A DNA stretch of 64,000 nt. Origin: an uncultured Verrucomicrobiae bacterium (lineage in GTDB: Bacteria > Verrucomicrobiota > Verrucomicrobiia > Limisphaerales > Palsa-1400). Shown here in pieces: positions 48,241-57,519 of this stretch (the stretch's first letter is position 1; each line of letters begins with the position of its first letter). The translations under genes were made by a program, and so were the position numbers. A model generated the notes under the pieces. It was not told the origin of the DNA, ran no database searches, and saw only the letters and a program-made list of their open reading frames with translations. The stretch spans positions 256,001-320,000 of the forward strand of contig CAVXRD010000002.1 in assembly GCA_963764165.1 (NCBI GenBank), written 5' to 3'.

Positions 48241-48271
48241 GAGAATTTGTCAAATATAAATTTTTTGTCCT

Positions 48272-48353
48272 AGGTAGGGACGCCTCGCCGAGGCGTCCGC
48301 GCCGTTGGCGATATTCACGCGCAACCGGACGCCTCGGCGAGGCGTCCCTACCT
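48272..48353. repeat. Intact GTAG-type REP pair inside the sucA-sucB operon
   Basis: AGGTAGGGACGCCTCGCCGAGGCGTCCG ... CGGACGCCTCGGCGAGGCGTCCCTACCT. Confidence 0.9.
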
Positions 48354-48376
48354 TGAAAAGGTGATTGGCGGCGTTC

Positions 48377-51205
48377 TTACACATCGGCGAAAGCCTGCCC
48401 AATGAGAAATTTCTGCTCCCGCTTGTGGATGCGGGCCGAACCCGTCGCCGGGCTGGGCGAAGCCGGGCGGCGAATGCCCGCAAACGGGTATTTGCCGTAC
48501 AGCGTCTCGCCGAGATGCACACGCAGAAAACGCCACGCGCCCATGTTCTCCGGCTCTTCCTGCACCCACACGACGGGCGTGCCGGGCGCGTATTGTTCAA
48601 TCGCGGTTTGCAAAAGTTGATCCGGGAACGGATAAAGCTGCTCCAGCCGAATGATGGCGACGGAATCCAGCTTCAGCGCTTCGCGTTGCGCGGCCAGTTC
48701 GTGATAAATTTTTCCCGAGCACAAAAGAATGCGGCGCACTTTGGCGGGCTGGGTCACCGTGTCAGTCAGAATCCTCTGGAAGATTCCCTGTCCGCAATCC
48801 GCCAGAGTCGAGACTGCGCGCGGGTCGCGCAACATGCTCTTGGGCGTCATCACGATGAGCGGTTTGCGCCACTGGCGAATAACCTGCCGGCGCAAACAAT
48901 GAAAATACTGCGCTGGCGTGCTGGGCACGACGACTTGAATATTGTCCTCCGCGCCCATTTGCAGGAAACGTTCGAGGCGGGCGCTGGAATGCTCCGGCCC
49001 CTGCCCCTCGAATCCGTGCGGCAGCAGCATCACAATGCCGCTAAGACGGCTCCATTTGTCCTCCGCGCTGGCGATAAATTGATCGATGATGACTTGGGCG
49101 ACGTTGACGAAATCGCCAAATTGCGCTTCCCAGCAAATCAAGCCATCAGGGCAATCAAGGCTGTAGCCGTAATCAAAACCGAGCACCGCAACTTCGGAAA
49201 GTGGGCTGTTGATGATGTCCACCGGCGCTTGTCCGCCACCGAGATGGCGCAGCGGCACATAAGGCTCGCCGGTTTCGTAATCGTAAAGAACCGCATGGCG
49301 CTGGCTGAAGGTGCCGCGTCCGCAATCCTGTCCGCTCAGGCGAACTCGATGCCCTTCCGCGCTCAAACTGGCGAAGGCCAAAGCTTCGCCCGCCGCCCAA
49401 TCGAGCGGTTCCGCGCCCAGCGCCATCTGCCGCCGCGCCTCGATCAATTTCTTGATCTTTGGATGCGGGTGAAATGATTCCGGCAATTCGGTTTGCTTGA
49501 GGAGCCAAGCCGAAAGACGTTTCGGGTCTACGCCAGTCGGCTTTTCCTCAGTCTCGCCATCGGGGCCTCCCGTGAAGCTGCCGCGCGACCAAACGCCCTG
49601 CACTCTTTCGGCGGGCGGATGGAACGCTTCGTTTTGAGCCTGGGTCAATTCGCGCTCCAGCGCCTCGTGGCGCGTTTGGGAAATTTGTTCCGCCTCTTCG
49701 CGCGTCACTCCGCCCAGCGCCAGCAAATGATCGAGATAGCCTTCGCGCACCGGCTTGCGGCGCTGGATCGCCTTGTATAATACAGGCTGGGTGAAAGACG
49801 GCTCGTCGCCCTCGTTATGGCCGAGGCGGCGGTAGCCGAACATGTCAATGACAACGTCGCGATGAAATTTCTCGCGAAAATCCATCGCAAGGCGCACGAC
49901 TTGCGCAACTGCTTCGGGATCTTCGCCGTTGACGTGGAAAATCGGGATTTGCAGCATCCGCGCCACGTCCGTTGCGTAAGTGCATGAACGGGCTTCGGAC
50001 GGCGGCGTGGTGAAACCAATCTGATTGTTGACAATGACGTGAACCGTCCCGCCAACTCCGTAGCCGGGCAATTGGCTTAAATTCAGCGTCTCCTGCACCA
50101 CGCCTTCGCCCGCAAAACTGGCGTCGCCGTGAATCAGCAAAGCCATGCACGAGCCGGCGGCGGGTTCCTGCCCCGCTCCGCCTTGAGCGGCGCGCAAACG
50201 CTCCTGCTTGGCGCGGACGCGGCCTTGCACGACGGGGTTCACAAACTCCAGGTGGCTCGGATTGAAGCAAAGCGACAGATGGATATTTTTGCCCGCCGCC
50301 GTCTTTCGGTCATTGCTGTAACCGAGGTGATATTTCACATCGCCGTGGCCGCGGAAAAATTTCAGGTCGTCGGCAAACTCGCGGAAAATCTGCCGCGAAC
50401 TCTTTCCCAGAATATTCGCCAGCACATTGAGGCGCCCCCGATGGGCCATTCCCAGCACGATTTCCTTGACGCCCTGCTCCGCCGCTTTTTCAATGGCCAA
50501 ATCGAGCAGCGGAATCAAACTCTCGCAGCCTTCGAGCGAAAAACTTTTCGCGCCGACGAATTTTTTGCGGATGAACTCCTCGAACGTCACCGCGTCTGTC
50601 AAGCGCGTGAAAATGCGGATCTGCTCATCGCGCGTCAATTCGAGGCGGTTGCGCGTGCCCTCCATCCGCTCCTGCAGCCAGCGGCGAATGCCGAAATGAT
50701 CGATATGCATGTACTGCACGCCGATGGAGCGGCAATACGTATCCTTCAATTGCTCGAGAATCTGGCGGATGGTGAAAAGCCGGTTCGGCTGGATCGTTTC
50801 GCAGTGGATCGGGCGATCCATGTCGCCCTCGGAAAATCCAAAAAAGTCCAGCTCAAGCTCCGGCGGGACAGGCCGCGGCAGGCCGAGCGGATCGACATCG
50901 GCGATATTATGGCCGCGCACCCTGTAATGGCGCACGAGCCGGTAAACGCGATGCTGCAGCGCGGCGATCTTCGATTCGTCGAGCGTTTCAGTGGGCGTGA
51001 GCGTGCGCGGCTGCGTTCGGAAGAGCGTCGGCGGGCGGAACGACGGGCCCAAATGGACAGGCCCGGGCGCGTCCCCGTTGCGCATGTTCTCAAAGTATTG
51101 GCGCCATTCCGGGTCCAAAGACGCCGGGTCTCGGGTGAACTGGCAGTAAAGTTCCTCGATAAACGGCAGATTTCCTACGTTTGGTGCAACAGGCAACTGT
51201 TTCAT
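48377..51205 (-). CDS. sucA: 2-oxoglutarate dehydrogenase E1
   Basis: GMAHRGRLNVL, GDVKYHLG, NPSHLE, WEAQFGDF and GPEHSSARLERF motifs. Confidence 0.98.
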   Translation of the reverse strand: MKQLPVAPNVGNLPFIEELYCQFTRDPASLDPEWRQYFENMRNGDAPGPVHLGPSFRPPTLFRTQPRTLTPTETLDESKIAALQHRVYRLVRHYRVRGHNIADVDPLGLPRPVPPELELDFFGFSEGDMDRPIHCETIQPNRLFTIRQILEQLKDTYCRSIGVQYMHIDHFGIRRWLQERMEGTRNRLELTRDEQIRIFTRLTDAVTFEEFIRKKFVGAKSFSLEGCESLIPLLDLAIEKAAEQGVKEIVLGMAHRGRLNVLANILGKSSRQIFREFADDLKFFRGHGDVKYHLGYSNDRKTAAGKNIHLSLCFNPSHLEFVNPVVQGRVRAKQERLRAAQGGAGQEPAAGSCMALLIHGDASFAGEGVVQETLNLSQLPGYGVGGTVHVIVNNQIGFTTPPSEARSCTYATDVARMLQIPIFHVNGEDPEAVAQVVRLAMDFREKFHRDVVIDMFGYRRLGHNEGDEPSFTQPVLYKAIQRRKPVREGYLDHLLALGGVTREEAEQISQTRHEALERELTQAQNEAFHPPAERVQGVWSRGSFTGGPDGETEEKPTGVDPKRLSAWLLKQTELPESFHPHPKIKKLIEARRQMALGAEPLDWAAGEALAFASLSAEGHRVRLSGQDCGRGTFSQRHAVLYDYETGEPYVPLRHLGGGQAPVDIINSPLSEVAVLGFDYGYSLDCPDGLICWEAQFGDFVNVAQVIIDQFIASAEDKWSRLSGIVMLLPHGFEGQGPEHSSARLERFLQMGAEDNIQVVVPSTPAQYFHCLRRQVIRQWRKPLIVMTPKSMLRDPRAVSTLADCGQGIFQRILTDTVTQPAKVRRILLCSGKIYHELAAQREALKLDSVAIIRLEQLYPFPDQLLQTAIEQYAPGTPVVWVQEEPENMGAWRFLRVHLGETLYGKYPFAGIRRPASPSPATGSARIHKREQKFLIGQAFADV

Positions 51206-51426
51206 TCTAATCGACCCACAGCTTACCGCTCCTCGCCGCTCTTGCAAGACGGTCTTTTTTTGGGGCCGGCAAGGGGACGCAACGCGGATTTCTCCAAAAT
51301 GCGGAAAGTTGAATCAGGGGCCACGAAGGGAAAAGGGACGGAAGCGGGTTGCACGACTCTTTTCCCAGTTCCTCGACAGTTCCGGCGATGCAGCATCGGC
51401 AAATTCGATTTTGTTCTCCGAGGAAA

Positions 51427-51527
51427 CTCTGCGCTCTCCGCGTCTCTGCGCGAGATTGCGTTTAAGACTGCTCTGCCACCAAATGCGATAAAAAGAATTC
51501 TCGCGCAGAGAAGATGAGTGCGCAGAG
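51427..51527. repeat. Inverted repeat pair of CTCTGCG-type short tandem units
   Basis: CTCTGCGCTCTCCGCGTCTCTGCGCGAGA against TCTCGCGCAGAGAAGATGAGTGCGCAGAG. Confidence 0.7.
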
Positions 51528-51544
51528 GAACCCCGGAATTTGGG

Positions 51545-52033
51545 CTACTTTTCCTTCGTCAACACGTATTTGGACAATCCTTCCGCATCGAACGCGCTGG
51601 GAAATTCCTCTGAACCGGGCTGGCTGCCGGTTATGGTCAATTTGCCGTCCTCCAGTTTGTATATTGCGCAGGCTTTCTTGCCGACCAGGTCTTCGGAGGA
51701 ACTTTCCTTGATCATGCCAGCAAGCTGCTTCGGCTCCACATTCTCGCGCAGCGCAAATGTGCCCTTCACCCAGCCATTGTTGTCGGGAATGCGAAATTCC
51801 AGGTTCGAACCCGACAAGATCAACACAGCTTCAACATCGTGGCCGGGCGTTGTGTCGCGGCCCTTCCACGTCCCTTCGAGGGCCGTTGGTTTGCCAGCCG
51901 GCGCGGATTGCGCTCCAGGCTGCGGTGCGAGGTCGGGAACACTGGGAATGGAATCGGCCACAGTCTTGTGCGATGCGCATCCGCCCGCGAGCGCCGCAGC
52001 AACGAAAAGGACCGGTAAAATATATTTTCTCAT
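51545..52033 (-). CDS. Lipoprotein with a TIGR03067-like domain
   Basis: Lipobox LAGGC; ALEGTW, KGTFAL and AIYKLEDGKLTI motifs. Confidence 0.8.
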   Translation of the reverse strand: MRKYILPVLFVAAALAGGCASHKTVADSIPSVPDLAPQPGAQSAPAGKPTALEGTWKGRDTTPGHDVEAVLILSGSNLEFRIPDNNGWVKGTFALRENVEPKQLAGMIKESSSEDLVGKKACAIYKLEDGKLTITGSQPGSEEFPSAFDAEGLSKYVLTKEK

Positions 52034-52215
52034 GTTCGTGCCCAATTATAGACACCGCTTGTGGGATTTCGTTCTGCGACGTGTTGAAAAACGTCGCAGG
52101 CACACCTTGGCCTGGGTGCTTCCGATTTTAAATTCCCAATCCGGCGGCGGCGCTCCGCTCATCCAACGGCTGCGAGCTCAGTTGCCTCCTGCATCGTGCA
52201 GGAACCGCCGAAAGG

Positions 52216-52521
52216 TTAGTCAGCTCGAGGCGCGGCAACGGTCGATTCAATGGGCGGAGCAATTACCTGAACGCCCGAGTCAACATCATTGTCATCGAAA
52301 GGGCCATAGAGAGCGCCAACACTCTTGATGTCCGGTGAAACAATACGGCCAGAGACATGCGCTTGAAGCGAGTTGGTCGCGTGGGGCGCCTGGTCGAGGC
52401 TCGAAATCTTCCGCTGCGCGTTGATGTATCCCGAGTTATTGAAGCACAACCAGCCAAGCAAGGCCACAGTCAACACGACGGCGACCTTCCATTGCCCATC
52501 TGATATATCGTGTTCGTTCAT
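52216..52521 (-). CDS. Hypothetical single-TM protein
   Basis: 101-aa ORF with a hydrophobic helix VAVVLTVALLGWLCF; AT-rich upstream region. Confidence 0.55.
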   Translation of the reverse strand: MNEHDISDGQWKVAVVLTVALLGWLCFNNSGYINAQRKISSLDQAPHATNSLQAHVSGRIVSPDIKSVGALYGPFDDNDVDSGVQVIAPPIESTVAAPRAD

Positions 52522-52687
52522 GTTACGTGTTATTTGAGGAACAAATGCATGTTCCCGTTCAAAATTATACTGACCCGTCTTTCATTCAAACCCCTATACG
52601 ATCGTCAGTGCAAAATCTTGCACGTCTTTTCTGACGGCGATAATCTCGGGGTATTCAACGGAAGTTCAGATTTCATTTGCGGCTGCA

Positions 52688-52758
52688 CCCATAACTCCCA
52701 TTAATCCCATTCTTCTCATCACTCCCATCGGAGGAATGGGAATAATGGGAGTTATGGG
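52688..52758. repeat. 9-nt tandem units (CCCAT-N4) folded back as an inverted repeat
   Basis: cccataact cccattaat cccattctt ctcatcact cccat ... atgggaata atgggagtt atggg, just past the tgt stop. Confidence 0.8.
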
Positions 52759-52771
52759 ACGGCGGATTCTT

Positions 52772-53929
52772 TTACCCGCGATCATCCGTCTTCAGAGAAT
52801 ATTTCACCCGCGCGGAAAGAATCTTCCGGCTCGGAACGTAAGTGGCCTCAAATTCCCGCCGGTATTCCGCGAACGACCCCGCCGCGATGTGCGCCCGAAT
52901 CTCCCGCATGACGTCCAGATAGAAATGCGAGTTGTGGACGCTCAGCATCCGCAATCCCAAAATCTCGTTGACGTTGAGCAGGTGGCGCAGATACGAGCGG
53001 GTGAAATTCTTGCAGGCGAAACAGGTGCAGCCAACTTCGATTGGTCCGAAATCCGCCTTCACCGCGCCGCCTTTGATATTCGTCGCGCCTTTTCGCGTAA
53101 ACGCCGTGCCGTTCCGGGCGACGCGCGTCGGAAGAACGCAATCGAACATATCCACGCCGCGCGCAACCAACTCCACCAATTGCGCGGGAGTTCCAAGACC
53201 CATCGCGTAACGCGCTTTGTGGGCCGGCAGAAACGGCTCGGCCAGTTCGACCGCCTTCATCATCTCGTGCTCCGGTTCGCCGACGCTGACGCCGCCGATG
53301 GCATAGCCGTCGAAATCCATCGCTGTCAATTCGCGGGCGCACCGCTCGCGCAACTCCGGGTCCACCCCGCCCTGCGCGATGCCGAACACCATCTGCCCCG
53401 CCGCGCGTGGCTGCTCACGGCATTCGCGAGCCCAGGCGATGGTGCGTTTGACAGCGTCGGCGGCGACTTTCGGTGTGGCGTCGTGCGGCGGGCATTCGTC
53501 GAAAACCATCGCAATGTCCGAACCAAGGGTCGCCTGAATCGCCATCGATTCCTTGGGCCCAAGAAACAATTTGCTGCCGTCCAGATGCGAACGAAATTCC
53601 ACGCCGTGCTCGTGAATCTTCCGAATCCTGGCCAGGCTGAAAACTTGAAAGCCGCCGCTGTCGGTCAAAATAGGAAGCTGCCAATTCATGAACTTGTGCA
53701 GTCCGCCCGCCGCCTGGATGATCTCCATGCCCGGACGAATGCTCAAATGGTAGGTATTGCCAAGGAGGATTTGCGTGCCCATCTCGATCAATTCCCGCGG
53801 ATCAAGCGCCTTCACGCTGGCTTGCGTGCCAACGGGCATGAAGACGGGCGTCTCGATCACGCCGCGCGTCGTCGTCAAACGGCCAAGGCGCGCGCGCGAA
53901 GAGGAGTCGGTTTTCAACAATTCAAACAT
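52772..53929 (-). CDS. tgt: tRNA-guanine transglycosylase
   Basis: TPVFMPVGT, NTYHL, TDSGGFQVFSL, DMFDCVLPTR and the Zn site CTCFAC. Confidence 0.98.
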   Translation of the reverse strand: MFELLKTDSSSRARLGRLTTTRGVIETPVFMPVGTQASVKALDPRELIEMGTQILLGNTYHLSIRPGMEIIQAAGGLHKFMNWQLPILTDSGGFQVFSLARIRKIHEHGVEFRSHLDGSKLFLGPKESMAIQATLGSDIAMVFDECPPHDATPKVAADAVKRTIAWARECREQPRAAGQMVFGIAQGGVDPELRERCARELTAMDFDGYAIGGVSVGEPEHEMMKAVELAEPFLPAHKARYAMGLGTPAQLVELVARGVDMFDCVLPTRVARNGTAFTRKGATNIKGGAVKADFGPIEVGCTCFACKNFTRSYLRHLLNVNEILGLRMLSVHNSHFYLDVMREIRAHIAAGSFAEYRREFEATYVPSRKILSARVKYSLKTDDRG

Positions 53930-54297
53930 TCGCCGCATTCTGCGTTGGCCCCTCCACCGATTGAAGCACAAATTATTTCTGGCTGGAGAAAGGGCGCAAA
54001 GCAGATTTTATATGCTCATTTGCCCGCCAACAACGTATTTGCTCCCTCCGTGCCGCTGGCGCAGATTTGGTTTACTTGGATTTGAATCGCACTGGGGACG
54101 AATGCTGGGCTTCAATGCCCGCGTGTCAATTTTAGAAACGCGGTTGTTATGTGTCCACAAAAATGGAAAAGCCCCGCTTATCGGAAACAATCGGGCCTCA
54201 TTTTCGGCAACACCTGCTTTTGAGTTACGGCGTCGGAAAGGGGCAAATGTGCTTTTAATGTAGTCAGCCGCCCTCGCCTGCGTTATCCCATGAGCCA

Positions 54298-55365
54298 ATG
54301 GCTGGAAATCACAACGCGCCATCCTTTCTCGAACGAACGCGCGCCGCGGAAAAAATTCTCGTGGTCGATTTCGGGTTTCTCGGAGATTCCGTCCATCTCA
54401 TTCCAGCTTTGTGGGAGATCAAACGCAATTATCCCCGAGCGGAGCTGCACACGTTATCCGCGACGGTGGGCGCGGAAGTGCTGGCGCTTGCGCCGTGCGT
54501 GGATCGCGCGTGGGCGTTTCCGCTGACCGCGAAAAGCCCGCCGTTTTGGAAACATTGGGATATTCTAATGGCTTTGCGACGGGAGAAATTCGATGTGGTG
54601 TTCAATTTTTCAGGATCGGATCGCAGCATTTTTGCGACGGCATTCGTTGGCGCCCCTTGGACACTCGGCTACGAGGCGGGCCGCCGCCACTTCTGGAACA
54701 AGTGGATCATTAGGGACTGGGTGCCGCGAGGTTCGCGGGAAATTCCAATCGCTGAACAGCGGCGGCAAGTCCTGGCCGCGCGCGGATTTGAATTGCAGCC
54801 GACACGTTATGATTTGTCCATCCCGCCCGATGCAACCCAATGGGCGCAAGCGGCTGTACCAGAGAATTCCGTTCATATCTCCATCAACGCCAGCACGCCG
54901 CTTAAGGAATGGCCGTTGGAACATTGGGCGGAAATGGCCACGAGCATCCTCGACTCCGAAGACAATCTCCACATCATCGCCACCGCGAGCAGAAACCCGC
55001 GCGAGCAAATGCGCCTCGATGCCTTGTTTAAAGTTCTAAGAAACTCACGCCTTATCTGCCTCAGCAAGCCGACCATTGCTCAACTCGCGGCCATCTTGCA
55101 ACAATGCCGATTGCAAATCGGCGGTGATTCAGGCGTGTTGCATTTAGCGGTTGCGCTGGGGCTGCCGGCATTGGGAATCCTGCGGGACGGTGTGGGTTTG
55201 CAGGAATGGATGCCGCAAGGAGCGGAACATCGCAACTTCGTGGCGGGATGCAACTGCGCGACCCGCAGGACTGCCGAATGTTTGATGCGCGACAGCGCCG
55301 CGTGCCTGGCCACGATTTCAGCCAAGCAAGTCGCGGATGAGGCTCGGCGGATGCTTTCGGCGTAG
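54298..55365 (+). CDS. Glycosyltransferase family 9 (heptosyltransferase-like)
   Basis: FLGDSV, KEWPLEHW and GDSGVLHLAVALG motifs. Confidence 0.92.
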   Translation: MAGNHNAPSFLERTRAAEKILVVDFGFLGDSVHLIPALWEIKRNYPRAELHTLSATVGAEVLALAPCVDRAWAFPLTAKSPPFWKHWDILMALRREKFDVVFNFSGSDRSIFATAFVGAPWTLGYEAGRRHFWNKWIIRDWVPRGSREIPIAEQRRQVLAARGFELQPTRYDLSIPPDATQWAQAAVPENSVHISINASTPLKEWPLEHWAEMATSILDSEDNLHIIATASRNPREQMRLDALFKVLRNSRLICLSKPTIAQLAAILQQCRLQIGGDSGVLHLAVALGLPALGILRDGVGLQEWMPQGAEHRNFVAGCNCATRRTAECLMRDSAACLATISAKQVADEARRMLSA

Positions 55366-55377
55366 ATAACGCTTTCG

Positions 55378-55407
55378 CCCCGGACGTCTCGGCGGGGCGT
55401 CCCTGCC
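55378..55407. repeat. Single degenerate GTAG-type REP
   Basis: CCCGGACGTCTCGGCGGGGCGTCCCTGCC between convergent genes. Confidence 0.75.
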
Positions 55408-55410
55408 AGG

Positions 55411-55965
55411 TTACTGACCTCCTGCCGCGATCGTTTCAATTTTCGTTTTGGCAGTAGTAAGCAATCGCTGAAAATCGTCCAAAACGTAGGCCGCAATTTG
55501 ATTATGCGTTCCGTTGGAATCGGCGCATTTGATGTTGACGACAATATTATTCCCATTGGAAATTTTGGCGACCGACATCCCGCAGCGCAGCCGGTAAACG
55601 ACCTCGAAATCGTCCATCGGCGCCGAATTGTGGTTTGCCGCCGACATGGTGGCCAATCCGTGGATCAAACCGTCAAGTTCGTCGTAGTCAATATAATCGA
55701 CGTGTGACACGGTTTTGGAGAAGCGCGTGCGAACCGCCACGGCATAGGTCGAGTTGGTGGAATGGTCGATGGACAAACGCTCAACCCGGAGATCGACTGG
55801 ATAGGTAACCTGCCCCGTTAGGGAACCGATCGGACTCATGCCCCTCACGAGCGTGGCTCCCACAGTGGAGTTATATGCGCCAAACCAGGTCGTCGGCGTG
55901 TTGGTAGTCTGGCCATGGGCGGCTGCCACGGCCAAAAATGTCAAAAGAACAGCGAGTTTTTTCAT
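55411..55965 (-). CDS. Secreted hypothetical protein
   Basis: Signal peptide MKKLAVLLTFLAVAAAHG; globular remainder (YIDYDELDGLI). Confidence 0.75.
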   Translation of the reverse strand: MKKLAVLLTFLAVAAAHGQTTNTPTTWFGAYNSTVGATLVRGMSPIGSLTGQVTYPVDLRVERLSIDHSTNSTYAVAVRTRFSKTVSHVDYIDYDELDGLIHGLATMSAANHNSAPMDDFEVVYRLRCGMSVAKISNGNNIVVNIKCADSNGTHNQIAAYVLDDFQRLLTTAKTKIETIAAGGQ

Positions 55966-56060
55966 AATGCGGATACCTTGCAAAACAAACGGTCAGGCAT
56001 AAAGTCGAAACACCTGCTTAAATAAATTGTTTCGGCGGGGCGTCCAAGACTGGTAACGAA

Positions 56061-57254
56061 ATGATGTCGACAATCACCCGCGCCATTCGCGTCGAGTTTC
56101 AGCACCGCGTTTATTTTACGCGGGGCTTGTTCGCGCCTTCGAATTCACTTTTGCAATCGGTGCTCGCTGTGCATGGACGGGTTGGCAAGGTGCTTATCGT
56201 GATGGACGAGGGTCTCGCGCACGCCAGACCCGCGCTGGCCAGTGAGATTGAAACCTATTTCTCCTCCGTGCGCGACCACCTGAATCTCGTGGGGCCGCCT
56301 CTGGTAATCGAGGGCGGCGAGCGGGCCAAAATGTCCTATTTTCACGTCTCAGAGATTCACTCGCAAATCGAGCGGCATCACATAGACCGCCATTCATGCG
56401 TCATGGCGATTGGCGGCGGGGCGCTGCTGGATGTCGCGGGCCTTGCGGCGGCAACGGCCCATCGCGGCGTCCGCCATGTGCGCGTGCCAACGACCGTGCT
56501 GGGCCAGAATGATTCTGGGGTTGGCGTTAAGAACGGCATCAACGCCTTCGGGAAAAAGAATTTTATCGGCACCTTCGCCCCTCCATTTGCAGTCATCAAC
56601 GATTTTGATTTTCTAGCCTGCCTGCCCGAGCGCGACAAGCGCGCCGGATACTCAGAGGCGGTCAAGGTTGCCCTGATTCGCGATGCCCCGTTCTTTGAAG
56701 TCCTGGAGCGGGATGCAGCCATGCTTCGCGCCTGCGAGCTGGAGCCCATGCAGCGGATGATTTATCGCAGCGCGGAATTGCACATTGATCATATTGCCAG
56801 CGGCGGCGATCCATTTGAGTTTGGCTCGGCCCGCCCGCTCGATTTCGGCCATTGGGCGGCCCACAAATTGGAGCAGTTGTCGGATTACCAAATCCGCCAC
56901 GGCGAGGCGGTCGCCATCGGAATCGCGCTTGATGTCATTTATTCGCGAAATGCTGGTTTGCTGGACGCTTCGTCCGCCGAGCGAGTTCTGGCCCTGCTGC
57001 AAAAGCTGGGCTTCGAGTTGTTTGCCAACGAACTTCTGCACCTCGACGCCGCGCATCAGCCGGTCGTGCTGAAGGGACTTGAGGAATTTCGCGAGCATCT
57101 CGGTGGCGAATTGACGCTGACGATGTTGCGCGGCATCGGCAAGGGTGTCGAAATTCACGAAATCAATCTGCCAAAAATGCTGGAAGCGCTGAATGAACTT
57201 CAACGCCGCTTCAGCCACAACGGCATCGTGGCCCTGCCGAAGAGCGCCCGTTAG
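56061..57254 (+). CDS. 3-dehydroquinate synthase-like sugar-phosphate cyclase (EboD type)
   Basis: GGGALLD, PTTVLGQNDSGVGVKNG, SARPLDFGHWAAHKLE and GLEEFREHLGG motifs. Confidence 0.88.
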   Translation: MMSTITRAIRVEFQHRVYFTRGLFAPSNSLLQSVLAVHGRVGKVLIVMDEGLAHARPALASEIETYFSSVRDHLNLVGPPLVIEGGERAKMSYFHVSEIHSQIERHHIDRHSCVMAIGGGALLDVAGLAAATAHRGVRHVRVPTTVLGQNDSGVGVKNGINAFGKKNFIGTFAPPFAVINDFDFLACLPERDKRAGYSEAVKVALIRDAPFFEVLERDAAMLRACELEPMQRMIYRSAELHIDHIASGGDPFEFGSARPLDFGHWAAHKLEQLSDYQIRHGEAVAIGIALDVIYSRNAGLLDASSAERVLALLQKLGFELFANELLHLDAAHQPVVLKGLEEFREHLGGELTLTMLRGIGKGVEIHEINLPKMLEALNELQRRFSHNGIVALPKSAR

Positions 57255-57294
57255 TCAGGGGCAGTCGTTAGTGTCCTAACGCCTTGGTTCAGGA

Positions 57295-57423
57295 TTACTT
57301 CCTGTTTCGCATCAATCTGTTCAGGAGCGCACAAAGGAGCACGATAGCACCCACAATCACCACGACCAAATCGAATCCATGAAGGAAATAGTCAATCGTG
57401 TTTGAAAATGAAGATGCGATCAT
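57295..57423 (-). CDS. Candidate 42-aa single-TM microprotein
   Basis: Manual translation MIASSFSNTIDYFLHGFDLVVVIVGAIVLLCALLNRLMRNRK; below the ORF-track cutoff. Confidence 0.5.
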   Translation of the reverse strand: MIASSFSNTIDYFLHGFDLVVVIVGAIVLLCALLNRLMRNRK

Positions 57424-57519
57424 TGCTACCGTCTCTTTGAATTTTACCGATCCGATGCGAATCCGCAATTACCTACCGCTGCGCTTGCGAAAATGGGAGG
57501 CGCGATTTACATATCGTTT

